Assembly (NCBI GenBank): GCA_036274175.1
Contig: DASUGF010000040.1
Span: 38,326-70,325 of the forward strand
DNA: 32,000 nt
Reading direction: 5' to 3'
Source: Parafilimonas sp.
Lineage (GTDB): Bacteria > Bacteroidota > Bacteroidia > Chitinophagales > Chitinophagaceae
Made by a program: the position numbers and the translations under genes. Below are positions 1-7,656 of this stretch, in pieces. Each line of letters starts with the position of its first letter. The first letter of the stretch is position 1. Under the pieces are notes generated by a model. It had not been told where the DNA came from, ran no database searches, and saw only the letters and a program-made list of their open reading frames with translations.

Positions 1-1437
1 GTTATTTCTGCCGGGAATAGTGCCTTTCCATGCTTTGTATTCGCTAAAACGATGCGCCATCACTGCTTCACCGGCGGTAGCCGTCAGCATTTGCGTACGC
101 AGGCCTATCAATCCACGGGAAGGAATCTCAAATTCCAGGTGCTGCATTTCGCCTTTGGTTTCCATTACATGCATTTCACCTTTACGGCGTGTAACCAGGT
201 CAATCACCTTACTGGCAAATTCCTGCGGTACATCCACTACCAGGTTCTCGTAGGGTTCTGTTTTCTTACCGCCGATCTCTTTTATGATCACTTTAGGCTG
301 GCCCACGGTTAATTCATAGCCTTCCCTGCGCATGGTCTCTATTAGGATTCCAAGATGTAAAATACCACGGCCATATACGAGGAAGCTATCTCCGCTATCG
401 GTATCCTCTACCCGTAAAGCAAGATTTTTTTCTGTTTCTTTAAACAGCCTGTCGCGGATATGCCTTGAGGTAACAAACTTTCCGTCTTTGCCATAAAAAG
501 GAGAATTATTAATGCTGAAAAGCATATTCATGGTTGGTTCATCCACACTGATTACAGGCAAAGCTTCAGGATTTTCAAAATCGGCAATGGTGTCGCCGAT
601 ATTAAAATCTTCCAGGCCAACAACCGCACAAATATCACCGGACTCTACCTCGGTCACTTTCTTTTTACCCATGCCTTCAAACACATACAATTCCTTAACA
701 CGCGCTTTTTTAATGCTGCCATCGGTTTGAATTAAGGATATCGGCTGATTTTCTTTGATCGAACCACGGCTTACCTTTCCCACAGCAATTCTTCCGAGGA
801 AAGAAGAATAATCAAGTGAAGTTATCTGGAGCTGAAGATTGCCTTCTTCAATTTTTGGCTCAGGGACATACTTTAAAATACCATCCAGTAAAGGCGTGAT
901 ATCTTCTGAAGGCGTTAACGAATCGTTGAACCAGCCATGCTTGCCACTACCATAAAAAGTAGGGAAGTTTAGCTGTTCTTCTGTTGCATCGAGATTGAAG
1001 AATAATTCAAACACCGCGTCATGCACCTCATCGGGACGGCAGTTAGGTTTATCCACTTTATTGATCACCACTATCGGGTGCAGGTTCAGTTGTAAAGCTT
1101 TCTGCAACACGAAACGGGTTTGCGGCATCGGGCCTTCAAAGGCATCTACCAGCAAAATAACGCCGTCGGCCATTTTCAACACACGCTCCACCTCACCGCC
1201 AAAATCGGCGTGGCCTGGCGTATCAATTACATTTATCTTAACATCTTTGTATGTTACGGCCGCATTTTTAGAAAAAATGGTAATCCCGCGTTCACGCTCC
1301 AGATCATTGCTGTCCATGATCAGCTCGCCGGTCTCCTGGTTATCGCGGAAAACCTTGGTGGCGTGCAGTATTTTGTCAACCAATGTGGTTTTCCCATGGT
1401 CAACGTGAGCGATGATCGCTATATTCCTTATCTCCAT
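1..1437 (-). CDS. typA: Translational GTPase TypA/BipA, N-terminal 479 codons; the 3' end lies beyond the left window edge
   Basis: Absent from the ORF track because it is open at the window edge. Manual reverse-complement translation from the ATG at 1437-1435 gives MEIRNIAIIAHVDHGKTTLVDKILHATKVFRDNQETGELIMDSNDLERERGITIFSKNAAVTYKDVKINVIDTPGHADFGGEVERVLKMADGVILLVDAFEGPMPQTRFVLQKALQLNLHPIVVINKVDKPN...FYGSGKHGWFNDSLTPSEDITPLLDGILKYVPEPKIEEGNLQLQITSLDYSSFLGRIAV. It has G1 AHVDHGKTT, G3 DTPGH and G4 NKVD in TypA order. I translated about half the span by hand. Confidence 0.9.
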   Translation of the reverse strand, partial: MEIRNIAIIAHVDHGKTTLVDKILHATKVFRDNQETGELIMDSNDLERERGITIFSKNAAVTYKDVKINVIDTPGHADFGGEVERVLKMADGVILLVDAFEGPMPQTRFVLQKALQLNLHPIVVINKVDKPNCRPDEVHDAVFELFFNLDATEEQLNFPTFYGSGKHGWFNDSLTPSEDITPLLDGILKYVPEPKIEEGNLQLQITSLDYSSFLGRIAVGKVSRGSIKENQPISLIQTDGSIKKARVKELYVFEGMGKKKVTEVESGDICAVVGLEDFNIGDTIADFENPEALPVISVDEPTMNMLFSINNSPFYGKDGKFVTSRHIRDRLFKETEKNLALRVEDTDSGDSFLVYGRGILHLGILIETMRREGYELTVGQPKVIIKEIGGKKTEPYENLVVDVPQEFASKVIDLVTRRKGEMHVMETKGEMQHLEFEIPSRGLIGLRTQMLTATAGEAVMAHRFSEYKAWKGTIPGRNN

Positions 1438-1454
1438 TTTCAAAAATTGAGGCG

Positions 1455-1485
1455 CAAAGGTACAACATTGCAGCGGGGTGGCAAA
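1455..1485 (-). promoter_or_regulatory. Bacteroidetes-type primary-sigma promoter for typA
   Basis: On the - strand: TTTG (1485-1482), 19 nt spacer, TAccTTTG (1462-1455), then 17 nt to the typA ATG. This fits the established Bacteroidetes consensus TTTG-N19-21-TAnnTTTG. Confidence 0.5.
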
Positions 1486-1669
1486 GGATGGAATTGTTAC
1501 CAGATTGTTGTTTCTAACCTCTATTTCGCTGCGCTATTATTAAGCAATGAACGACTTCACTACAAAATTTTACCCTTTAAGCCATTATAATTTCGGCTTG
1601 ACGATAATAAAACTAACAAGTGTTTTTAATCTTAGTAGATTAAGCTTTTCTTCATTTAAAACACATGAG

Positions 1670-2761
1670 ATGCTGAAATTATATACTACAAAGTCGGTAA
1701 CAACACTATTTTTTGCGCTCCTGCTCACAACATCATTTGCGCAGGGGGTAATTACCACACCCCGGGTGCCCAGCCCGGCTGCATCGGTTACCCAAACCAT
1801 CGGTATTTCCACTGTTACCGTAAATTATTCAAGGCCTTCTGTAAAGGAGCGGAAAATATGGGATTCGCTGGTACCTTATGGATATAATGTGCAGGCTTTT
1901 GGCGCTGGCAACTCCGCGCCCTGGCGTGCGGGTGCTAATGAAAACACCACCATAAAATTTTCCGATGACGCGAAAGTGGAAGGTCGCCCGGTACCTGCAG
2001 GCGAATATGGTTTGTTCTTTGTTATTTATAAAGACAATACCGGGGAAGTGATCTTATCAAAAGACCATAAATCCTGGGGCAGTTTTTGGTACGACTCCAC
2101 GCACGACCTGATGCGGGCAAAAATTCAACTGCGCGATGGACAACCCACCGAAATGCTTACTTACAATTTTATCAATGATACAAAAACCTCAGCCGAACTG
2201 GTACTTAACTGGGAGAAAAAAGCGTTCCCGGTTAAAATAGAATTTGATGTGGACAAGATCGTAATGAATAATGCGACAGAGCAATTAAAAAACACGGTCG
2301 GATTTAGCTGGCAGGGATATGCAAGCGCCGCTAATTATGCCTTACAAAATAAAGTGAACCTCGACCAGGCGGTCGTTTGGGCTGACCAGGCTGTTACGCA
2401 AAACCGCAATTTCAATACGCTAAGCTTAAAATCGAATTTGCTTAAGCAAACAGGCAAGACCGATGAAGCCGGTACACTCATGGATGAGGCGATACAGATC
2501 TCGACCGAGAATGAACTGAATTTATACGGTTACCAGCTAATGAACCAGGGCCAGGTTGACAAGGCTATTGATGTATTTATCCTGAATACAAAACGCCATC
2601 CTGAAAGTGCCAATGTATGGGATAGTTTGGGTGAAGGATATGTTACCAAAGGTGATAAAGAAAAGGCCATCGCCAATTTTAAAAAATCGCTGAGCATGAA
2701 TCCCCCTGCCAATGTGAAGGCCAATTCTGAAAAGTTTTTGAAACAGCTAGGCGGAATGTAA
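1670..2761 (+). CDS. Secreted DUF2911-like protein with C-terminal TPR repeats
   Basis: ORF 1547-2761. I prefer the internal ATG at 1670 because it yields a signal peptide (MLKLYTTKSVTTLFFALLLTTSFAQG). The N-terminal half (PSPAASVTQTIGISTVTVNYSRPSVKERKIW...APWRAGANENTTIKFSDDAKVEG) resembles the DUF2911 family. The C-terminus (NLYGYQLMNQGQVDKAIDVF...WDSLGEGYVTKGDKEKAIANFKKSLSMNP) is TPR-like. Confidence 0.7.
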   Translation: MLKLYTTKSVTTLFFALLLTTSFAQGVITTPRVPSPAASVTQTIGISTVTVNYSRPSVKERKIWDSLVPYGYNVQAFGAGNSAPWRAGANENTTIKFSDDAKVEGRPVPAGEYGLFFVIYKDNTGEVILSKDHKSWGSFWYDSTHDLMRAKIQLRDGQPTEMLTYNFINDTKTSAELVLNWEKKAFPVKIEFDVDKIVMNNATEQLKNTVGFSWQGYASAANYALQNKVNLDQAVVWADQAVTQNRNFNTLSLKSNLLKQTGKTDEAGTLMDEAIQISTENELNLYGYQLMNQGQVDKAIDVFILNTKRHPESANVWDSLGEGYVTKGDKEKAIANFKKSLSMNPPANVKANSEKFLKQLGGM

Positions 2762-3288
2762 GTAAACAAATATTGACACTAATCATTTTTAATTGAAAAA
2801 TCTGCGGGAATTATACGCAAATAACCTGAGTAAAATTTTCCAAAGTCGGAAGGGCCTACTGCTTAGAAGGCTGTTGCTCTAGCAAAACGAGAAAAACTAC
2901 GTAAAGACTACGCAGAACTACGTACCTAAGTGCACAGAAAAGTTTCGGATTCTATTTCTTACAGCGCTGTTTTTTTATTTAATGTGAATAATAGCATCAG
3001 CAGGCAACCGCAGCTTTTGATATTTCTGAAAATATCTATAGTCAATTTGATAGTAACCCTTTTGGAAGATAACGACAAACATTATTTACTAGGAACTCGC
3101 CACAGTCAGAACATAAATGAAGAACTTCTCTCAGACCAAAAACTTATAGAAGACGATCAAGGTTAAAAAAATTCAACGTACAATTTTTATCATATAAAAG
3201 TAGTAATTATACTACTTTTGTGTTGAAATTTTTTATCCATTTAAAACATATAATAAAATCGTATGGTAGTATATAAATTAAAATCCAA

Positions 3289-3468
3289 ATGAAAAGCTCA
3301 GAATTTCACAGGCTGATTAAGAAGAATGGATGGAAATATATAAACGCAGAGGGTAGCCATTATATTTACGAAAAGGACGGACATAGATACCCGGTTCCGT
3401 ATCATGGAAGCAAAGAAATTGGAAAGGGTCTCGAAAAGAAGATCAGAAAAGAAATGAAGATTAAGTAA
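3289..3468 (+). CDS. hicA: HicA-family toxin (type II toxin-antitoxin mRNA interferase), 59 aa
   Basis: Too short for the ORF track (59 codons). Manual translation from ATG 3289 to TAA 3466-3468: MKSSEFHRLIKKNGWKYINAEGSHYIYEKDGHRYPVPYHGSKEIGKGLEKKIRKEMKIK. Length, the G-S-H motif with the conserved His, and the PxHG-KE-G tail match HicA/YcfA-like toxins. Confidence 0.8.
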   Translation: MKSSEFHRLIKKNGWKYINAEGSHYIYEKDGHRYPVPYHGSKEIGKGLEKKIRKEMKIK

Positions 3469-3551
3469 AAAAAGAAATTATAGAGAGAAAACAACGGGGG
3501 CGATCCAATAATTAAAAAGCAAAATTTGAAAACTTAAATATTTAATACTGG

Positions 3552-3594
3552 CTTTAACAGGTGGATTATAATTGCTCCCAACCATCTGTTAAAG
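3552..3594 (+). promoter_or_regulatory. 13-bp inverted repeat in the hicA-hicB spacer (candidate operator or RNA hairpin)
   Basis: CTTTAACAGGTGG (3552-3564) pairs with CCATCTGTTAAAG (3582-3594), 12 of 13 complementary, 17-nt loop. The right arm ends 16 nt before the hicB ATG. Confidence 0.3.
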
Positions 3595-3610
3595 CAAAAA
3601 ATGAAAAGTG

Positions 3611-4042
3611 ATGAACGATAAAAGGAAAGATGAAAAACCAAGAAAAATAATAATCATTATTGAACGTAGCAATGATGCGTTTAGCTCTTATGCTGAAAAT
3701 GTATCCGGAGTTTATGGCATGGGAGATACAGTAGAAGAAGCTAAACAATCTGCTTTAGAAGGAATGGAATTATTAAAAAAATATAATGAGCCTGAAAATA
3801 TACCGGATATTTTAAAAGGTGATTATGAGGTTGTTTTTAAGCTTGACGCTGGAAGCTTTTTTAATTTCTATAAAAAGATTTTTACAAATGCAGCTTTGGA
3901 GCGTATGACAGGAATCAATCAAAAGCAGCTTCAGCATTATGCCTCCGGTTTAAAAAAACCTCGTCTTGCCCAGGTTAAAAAAATTGAAAATGCTATCCAC
4001 AACCTCGGAAAAGAATTATTGTCTGTAGAATTTATAGATTAG
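3611..4042 (+). CDS. hicB: HicB-family antitoxin with C-terminal helix-turn-helix
   Basis: ORF 3608-4042 (GTG); ATG at 3611 preferred. The N-terminal part (IIIIIERSNDAFSSYAENVSGVYGMGDTVEEAKQSALEGMELLKK) has the HicB/UPF0150-type pattern. The C-terminal part (LERMTGINQKQLQHYASGLKKPRLAQVKKIENAI) is an XRE-like HTH. It lies downstream of hicA. Confidence 0.75.
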   Translation: MNDKRKDEKPRKIIIIIERSNDAFSSYAENVSGVYGMGDTVEEAKQSALEGMELLKKYNEPENIPDILKGDYEVVFKLDAGSFFNFYKKIFTNAALERMTGINQKQLQHYASGLKKPRLAQVKKIENAIHNLGKELLSVEFID

Positions 4043-4142
4043 TCTCTTTTATAATCCATATCTCTACAATCCATATTATTTTGGATTTAATTCTTGGTAC
4101 AACCGGCCTGCATATTACTATCATCGTCCAACAAAGCTTGAA

Positions 4143-4334
4143 ATGCAGATACAAGATACAGAAAACGAGTACAGCGACAGGATAAGTTCTGTTAGAGCAG
4201 ACGATAGTTTAACCGGCCATGAAAAAAGAGTCAAGATTCGTGAGTTTAGACATGAGTGCGACCAGGCGATAGATGATCTGAAGAAAAACTATTACAAGCA
4301 ATATGAAATTAAAGTAAAAAAGCTCCTGAAATAA
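4143..4334 (+). CDS. Small charged hypothetical protein (63 aa)
   Basis: ATG-initiated ORF ending inside a strong terminator hairpin. The sequence is highly charged and probably helical (…HEKRVKIREFRHECDQAIDDLKKNYYKQYEIKVKKLLK). I recognise no family. Confidence 0.4.
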   Translation: MQIQDTENEYSDRISSVRADDSLTGHEKRVKIREFRHECDQAIDDLKKNYYKQYEIKVKKLLK

Positions 4335-4346
4335 CGGAGCTTTTTT
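4315..4346. terminator. Bidirectional intrinsic terminator between orf63 (+) and ispG (-)
   Basis: AAAAAAGCTCC (4315-4326), 9-nt loop, GGAGCTTTTTT (4336-4346). The A-run and T-run flank a GC core, so it can terminate both strands. It overlaps the orf63 stop and lies 20 nt from the ispG stop. Confidence 0.65.
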
Positions 4347-4365
4347 ATTCCCGGTAATTTAAATG

Positions 4366-6447
4366 TTAAGCTGGTTCTACCCAGGCGCCATAATCTTTTA
4401 TAAGCCCGATCAGTTCATCCACTGCTACATGGCTGTCAACATTCCGCTTGATAATTTCTTTGCCTTTGTATAGAGTGATTTTGCCAACACCGCTTCCCAC
4501 ATAACCAAAATCAGCATCCGCCATTTCACCTGGCCCGTTTACAATACAACCCATAATAGCAATTTTTACACCTTTGAGATGATTGGTCACCGCGCGGATC
4601 TTTGCAGTGGTTTCCTGCAGGTCGAATAATGTTCTGCCGCAACTGGGGCAGCTTATATATTCTGTTTTCGAGATGCGGGTGCGTGTTGCCTGCAATAGCG
4701 AAAAGGAGGTGGCATTTAAGAACTGGTGATTATTGATAACAGGAATGTAATTGCGGCCACTGATCTTTGTATTGTGCATTTTCTTCGGATCGTTCATCAA
4801 CCAGATACCATCGCCAAAACCATCCAGCAATAAAGCGCCGGCCTCTGTGGAAAATTGAATGAGCTGTTCGTCAACAGAAGCGCAATTACTTTCAATACAA
4901 ATGATCACCGGAACTTTAATATTGCGATCCATCAGTTCAATAATATTACGGCGAACATCCGCCATACTGTGTTTATTGGTTGAATACAAACAAAGCACTG
5001 CTGTTGTATCGGTGGCAATAAGATCCAATATTTTTTCTTTGATTTTTTTATCGATCGTGTGAACGTCGATGGCGATAAAATTTTGCCTGGATGATTTTTC
5101 CGCAACATCTAAATATTCAACGCCTTCAAAGAGCGGGAAGGCGATTTCACTCCAGTTTTCCCGGGGCTTCAAGGATCTTTTATGTTCTATCCATGTTTTT
5201 ATGTTGCAGATAATTTTTAAAGTACCCGGCAAATGAAAGTCCAAAACTTTATTAGCGGTATAAATATAATCTGCTGCTGAATCGCCAATATTCCATTTGT
5301 CTGTTGAAGCATCATAACTATAACCGATCACCCCGAGATCCGCCGCATTGATCTTTTCTTTCTGCATGAAATCCGCAATTACAACCGGAACCAGTAAGCC
5401 GCCAATATTATTTACTTCATGTGTATGCCTCCGTTTATACTCAAATGGATTATAAGGAAGTGAAATTGCCGACTGCCGGTTATGCGCAGTTGAAGGCTGA
5501 CTTCTTAAATGCAACCTGTTTGACACAGTATGCAATAAACTTTTGATGGGAGAATGATGGCTCCGGTTCTCATAACGTTTCACCAGGTCTTTACAAACGG
5601 GTATCTCAAATTCAGGGTCTTCCGTTAAGGACACGCGTATGGTATCGCCCAAACCGTCCTCCATTAAAGTGCCGATACCAACAGCACTTTTTATCCTGCC
5701 ATCTTCGCCGTCGCCCGCTTCGGTAACACCGAGATGCAAAGGATAAACTTCATTGAATTCTTCAAACATCGTGTTCACCAACAAGCGGTATGCTTCCACC
5801 ATCACCAGCGTATTGCTGGCTTTCATGCTCAACACAATATTGTGATAGTTTTCATCTCTGGCTATGCGCAGGAATTCCATCGCGCTTTCAACCATACCCA
5901 TCGGCGTGTCGCCATACCGGCTCATAATACGATCGCTTAAAGAACCATGGTTGGTACCGATGCGCATAGCAGTTCCATACTCTTTGCAGATCCTGATCAA
6001 TGGCGTAAAGCGTTCACGGATGCGTTCAATTTCCTCCGCATATTCAGCATCGGTATATTCAATTTGTTCAAACTTTTTCTTGTCAACATAATTACCCGGG
6101 TTCACTCTCACTTTCTCCACAATACGCGCCGCTATCTCGGCAGCATTTGGTGTAAAATGAATATCTGCTACCAATGGCGTTGTGTAACCCCGTTTGCGCA
6201 ATTCATTTTTTATGTTGAGTAAATTTTCCGCATCTTTTTTGGATGGGGCGGTAATGCGTACCAGCTCTGCCCCGGCTTCGATACAGCGAATGGATTGCTC
6301 AACAGTGGCGATTGTATCCATGGTATCGGTGGTCGTCATGGTTTGCACACGAACAGGGTTCAGGTTGCCCAGCATCAGGTTACCAATCTTTACTTCGCGG
6401 GTTAATAAACGGCTATATTCTGTTAGCGAATTGCAATATACCTGCAT
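4366..6447 (-). CDS. ispG: 4-hydroxy-3-methylbut-2-enyl diphosphate synthase (IspG/GcpE), long form with an inserted domain
   Basis: ORF 4366-6456. The codon at 6456 is TTG, so I prefer the ATG at 6447 (MQVYCNSL...). It has an N-terminal TIM-barrel region (VRVQTMTTTDT...VRITAPS...ADIHF) and C-terminal 4Fe-4S ligand motifs (ISCPSCGRT, GCIVNGPGE). A ~300-residue insertion separates them, as in Bacteroidetes, Chlamydia and plant-type enzymes. Confidence 0.9.
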   Translation of the reverse strand: MQVYCNSLTEYSRLLTREVKIGNLMLGNLNPVRVQTMTTTDTMDTIATVEQSIRCIEAGAELVRITAPSKKDAENLLNIKNELRKRGYTTPLVADIHFTPNAAEIAARIVEKVRVNPGNYVDKKKFEQIEYTDAEYAEEIERIRERFTPLIRICKEYGTAMRIGTNHGSLSDRIMSRYGDTPMGMVESAMEFLRIARDENYHNIVLSMKASNTLVMVEAYRLLVNTMFEEFNEVYPLHLGVTEAGDGEDGRIKSAVGIGTLMEDGLGDTIRVSLTEDPEFEIPVCKDLVKRYENRSHHSPIKSLLHTVSNRLHLRSQPSTAHNRQSAISLPYNPFEYKRRHTHEVNNIGGLLVPVVIADFMQKEKINAADLGVIGYSYDASTDKWNIGDSAADYIYTANKVLDFHLPGTLKIICNIKTWIEHKRSLKPRENWSEIAFPLFEGVEYLDVAEKSSRQNFIAIDVHTIDKKIKEKILDLIATDTTAVLCLYSTNKHSMADVRRNIIELMDRNIKVPVIICIESNCASVDEQLIQFSTEAGALLLDGFGDGIWLMNDPKKMHNTKISGRNYIPVINNHQFLNATSFSLLQATRTRISKTEYISCPSCGRTLFDLQETTAKIRAVTNHLKGVKIAIMGCIVNGPGEMADADFGYVGSGVGKITLYKGKEIIKRNVDSHVAVDELIGLIKDYGAWVEPA

Positions 6448-6453
6448 AGGCTG

Positions 6454-6461
6454 CAAAGTTA
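6454..6461 (-). promoter_or_regulatory. -7 box TAacTTTG immediately upstream of ispG
   Basis: The - strand reads TAACTTTG-cagcct-ATG, leaving only 6 nt between the box and the ATG at 6447. I saw no clear TTTG -33 element. Confidence 0.35.
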
Positions 6462-6592
6462 TGCATTAGCAATTGCGGTAATCTTAAAATTTGAGAGCGG
6501 GAGGGCATCCGCGTTAACAGGTATTTAAGTTTTGTGCTAATTGAATGTAGATGCCTGCTAAAAAACGTTTATTCATTTTCCCGTACAAAAAA

Positions 6593-6600
6593 TACTTTTG
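6593..6600 (+). promoter_or_regulatory. -7 box TActTTTG upstream of the DHDPS-family gene
   Basis: TACTTTTG lies 16 nt upstream of the ATG at 6617. There is no convincing -33 TTTG. Confidence 0.3.
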
Positions 6601-6616
6601 AGCAAAATTTATTCCT

Positions 6617-7552
6617 ATGGCAATTGATTGGAAAGGTGTTTTCCCTGCACTTACAACAAAATTCGACCGGAACGATCAGCTTGATCTTCCTTTATTTGAA
6701 ACGAATCTGAAGGCGCAATTAGCTGCCGGTGTTGATGGCATTATCCTGGGTGGCACCCTGGGAGAAAGCAGCGTACTTACTTTAAAAGAAAAAGAAACGC
6801 TTGTAAAATTTTGCGTTGACAAAGTTGCGGGCGAAGTTCCTGTGGTAATGAATATTGCCGAAGGCGCTACCCGCGAAGCCATGCAACAGGCTAAGCTGGC
6901 GAAAGACTGGGGCGCAGAAGGTTTAATGTTGTTGCCGCCAATGCGTTATAAAAGTGATCACCGCGAAACGGTGGAATATTTTAAAGCGGTGGCAGCTTCA
7001 ACCGGTCTTCCCATCATTTTATATAACAATCCTGTTGATTATAAAGTAGAAATTACCCTGGCGATGTTTGATGAGCTGGTGGATGTTCCTACTATTCAGG
7101 CGGTAAAGGAATCCACACGCGATGTAACCAATGTTACAAGGATGATCAACCGTTTTGGCGAGCGTTTTAAATTATTATGTGGTGTTGATACATTGACTGT
7201 GGAAGAATTATTGTTGGGTGCACACGGATGGGTGGCTGGATTGGTTTGCGCTTTTCCTGCTGAAACAGTGGCTGTTTATAAACTGGTGAAGGCGGGCAGG
7301 ATAGAAGAAGCTGTTAGCATCTACCGCTGGTTTATGCCTTTGCTGGAGTTGGATATTCATGCGAAACTTGTTCAGTATATAAAACTGGCGGAGGCGGAAA
7401 CCGGTATTGGATCAGAGTATGTGCGTGCGCCGCGACTTACACTAATTGGGAAAGAAAGAGAAAACATTCTCGGTATAATTAATAAGGCATTGGCAGCTCG
7501 CCCGATATTGCCGGAATATCTTTCACTGGAAGAAAAAACTTTAGCGATTTAA
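6617..7552 (+). CDS. Dihydrodipicolinate synthase-family (class I aldolase) enzyme; context suggests Delta1-pyrroline-4-hydroxy-2-carboxylate deaminase
   Basis: DHDPS/NAL family motifs: GGTLGES (GxxGE), ILYNNP (Tyr) and AVKEST (Schiff-base Lys). The function is inferred only from its clustering with the aldehyde dehydrogenase and the proline-racemase-family epimerase. Confidence 0.8.
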   Translation: MAIDWKGVFPALTTKFDRNDQLDLPLFETNLKAQLAAGVDGIILGGTLGESSVLTLKEKETLVKFCVDKVAGEVPVVMNIAEGATREAMQQAKLAKDWGAEGLMLLPPMRYKSDHRETVEYFKAVAASTGLPIILYNNPVDYKVEITLAMFDELVDVPTIQAVKESTRDVTNVTRMINRFGERFKLLCGVDTLTVEELLLGAHGWVAGLVCAFPAETVAVYKLVKAGRIEEAVSIYRWFMPLLELDIHAKLVQYIKLAEAETGIGSEYVRAPRLTLIGKERENILGIINKALAARPILPEYLSLEEKTLAI

Positions 7553-7656
7553 AACATTTTTATTTTCCGGATGACAGTATTGATGGTTTTTTGAAACCTT
7601 CCCTACTCAATTTCATACAATAAAATCATTAATTCAATCAGTTTAAATTAATTTTT

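Noticed and set aside
20-1590. Five + strand ORFs from the track (20-253, 52-312, 512-730, 995-1408, 1120-1590)
   Set aside because: All lie antisense to, or overlap, the clearly recognisable typA reading frame on the - strand. Their translations are low-complexity with no motifs. They are shadow ORFs.
2930-3166. 78-aa + strand ORF in the AT-rich islet, plus a 36-codon - strand ORF within it that I translated by hand (MFVVIFQKGYYQIDYRYF...)
   Set aside because: The 78-aa ORF starts at GTG. Neither ORF has a recognisable motif, and such open frames are expected by chance in AT-rich sequence. I cannot support either as a gene, though a conservation check would be cheap.
4859-6469. Nested + strand ORFs inside ispG. 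Similar antisense ORFs occur inside ileS (15664-18159), gltX (27536-28197), gpmI (30094-30891), the Omp85 gene (23919-24938), the ALDH (7761-8864) and others.
   Set aside because: All overlap strongly supported genes on the opposite strand or frame and have no motifs. They are typical shadow ORFs.
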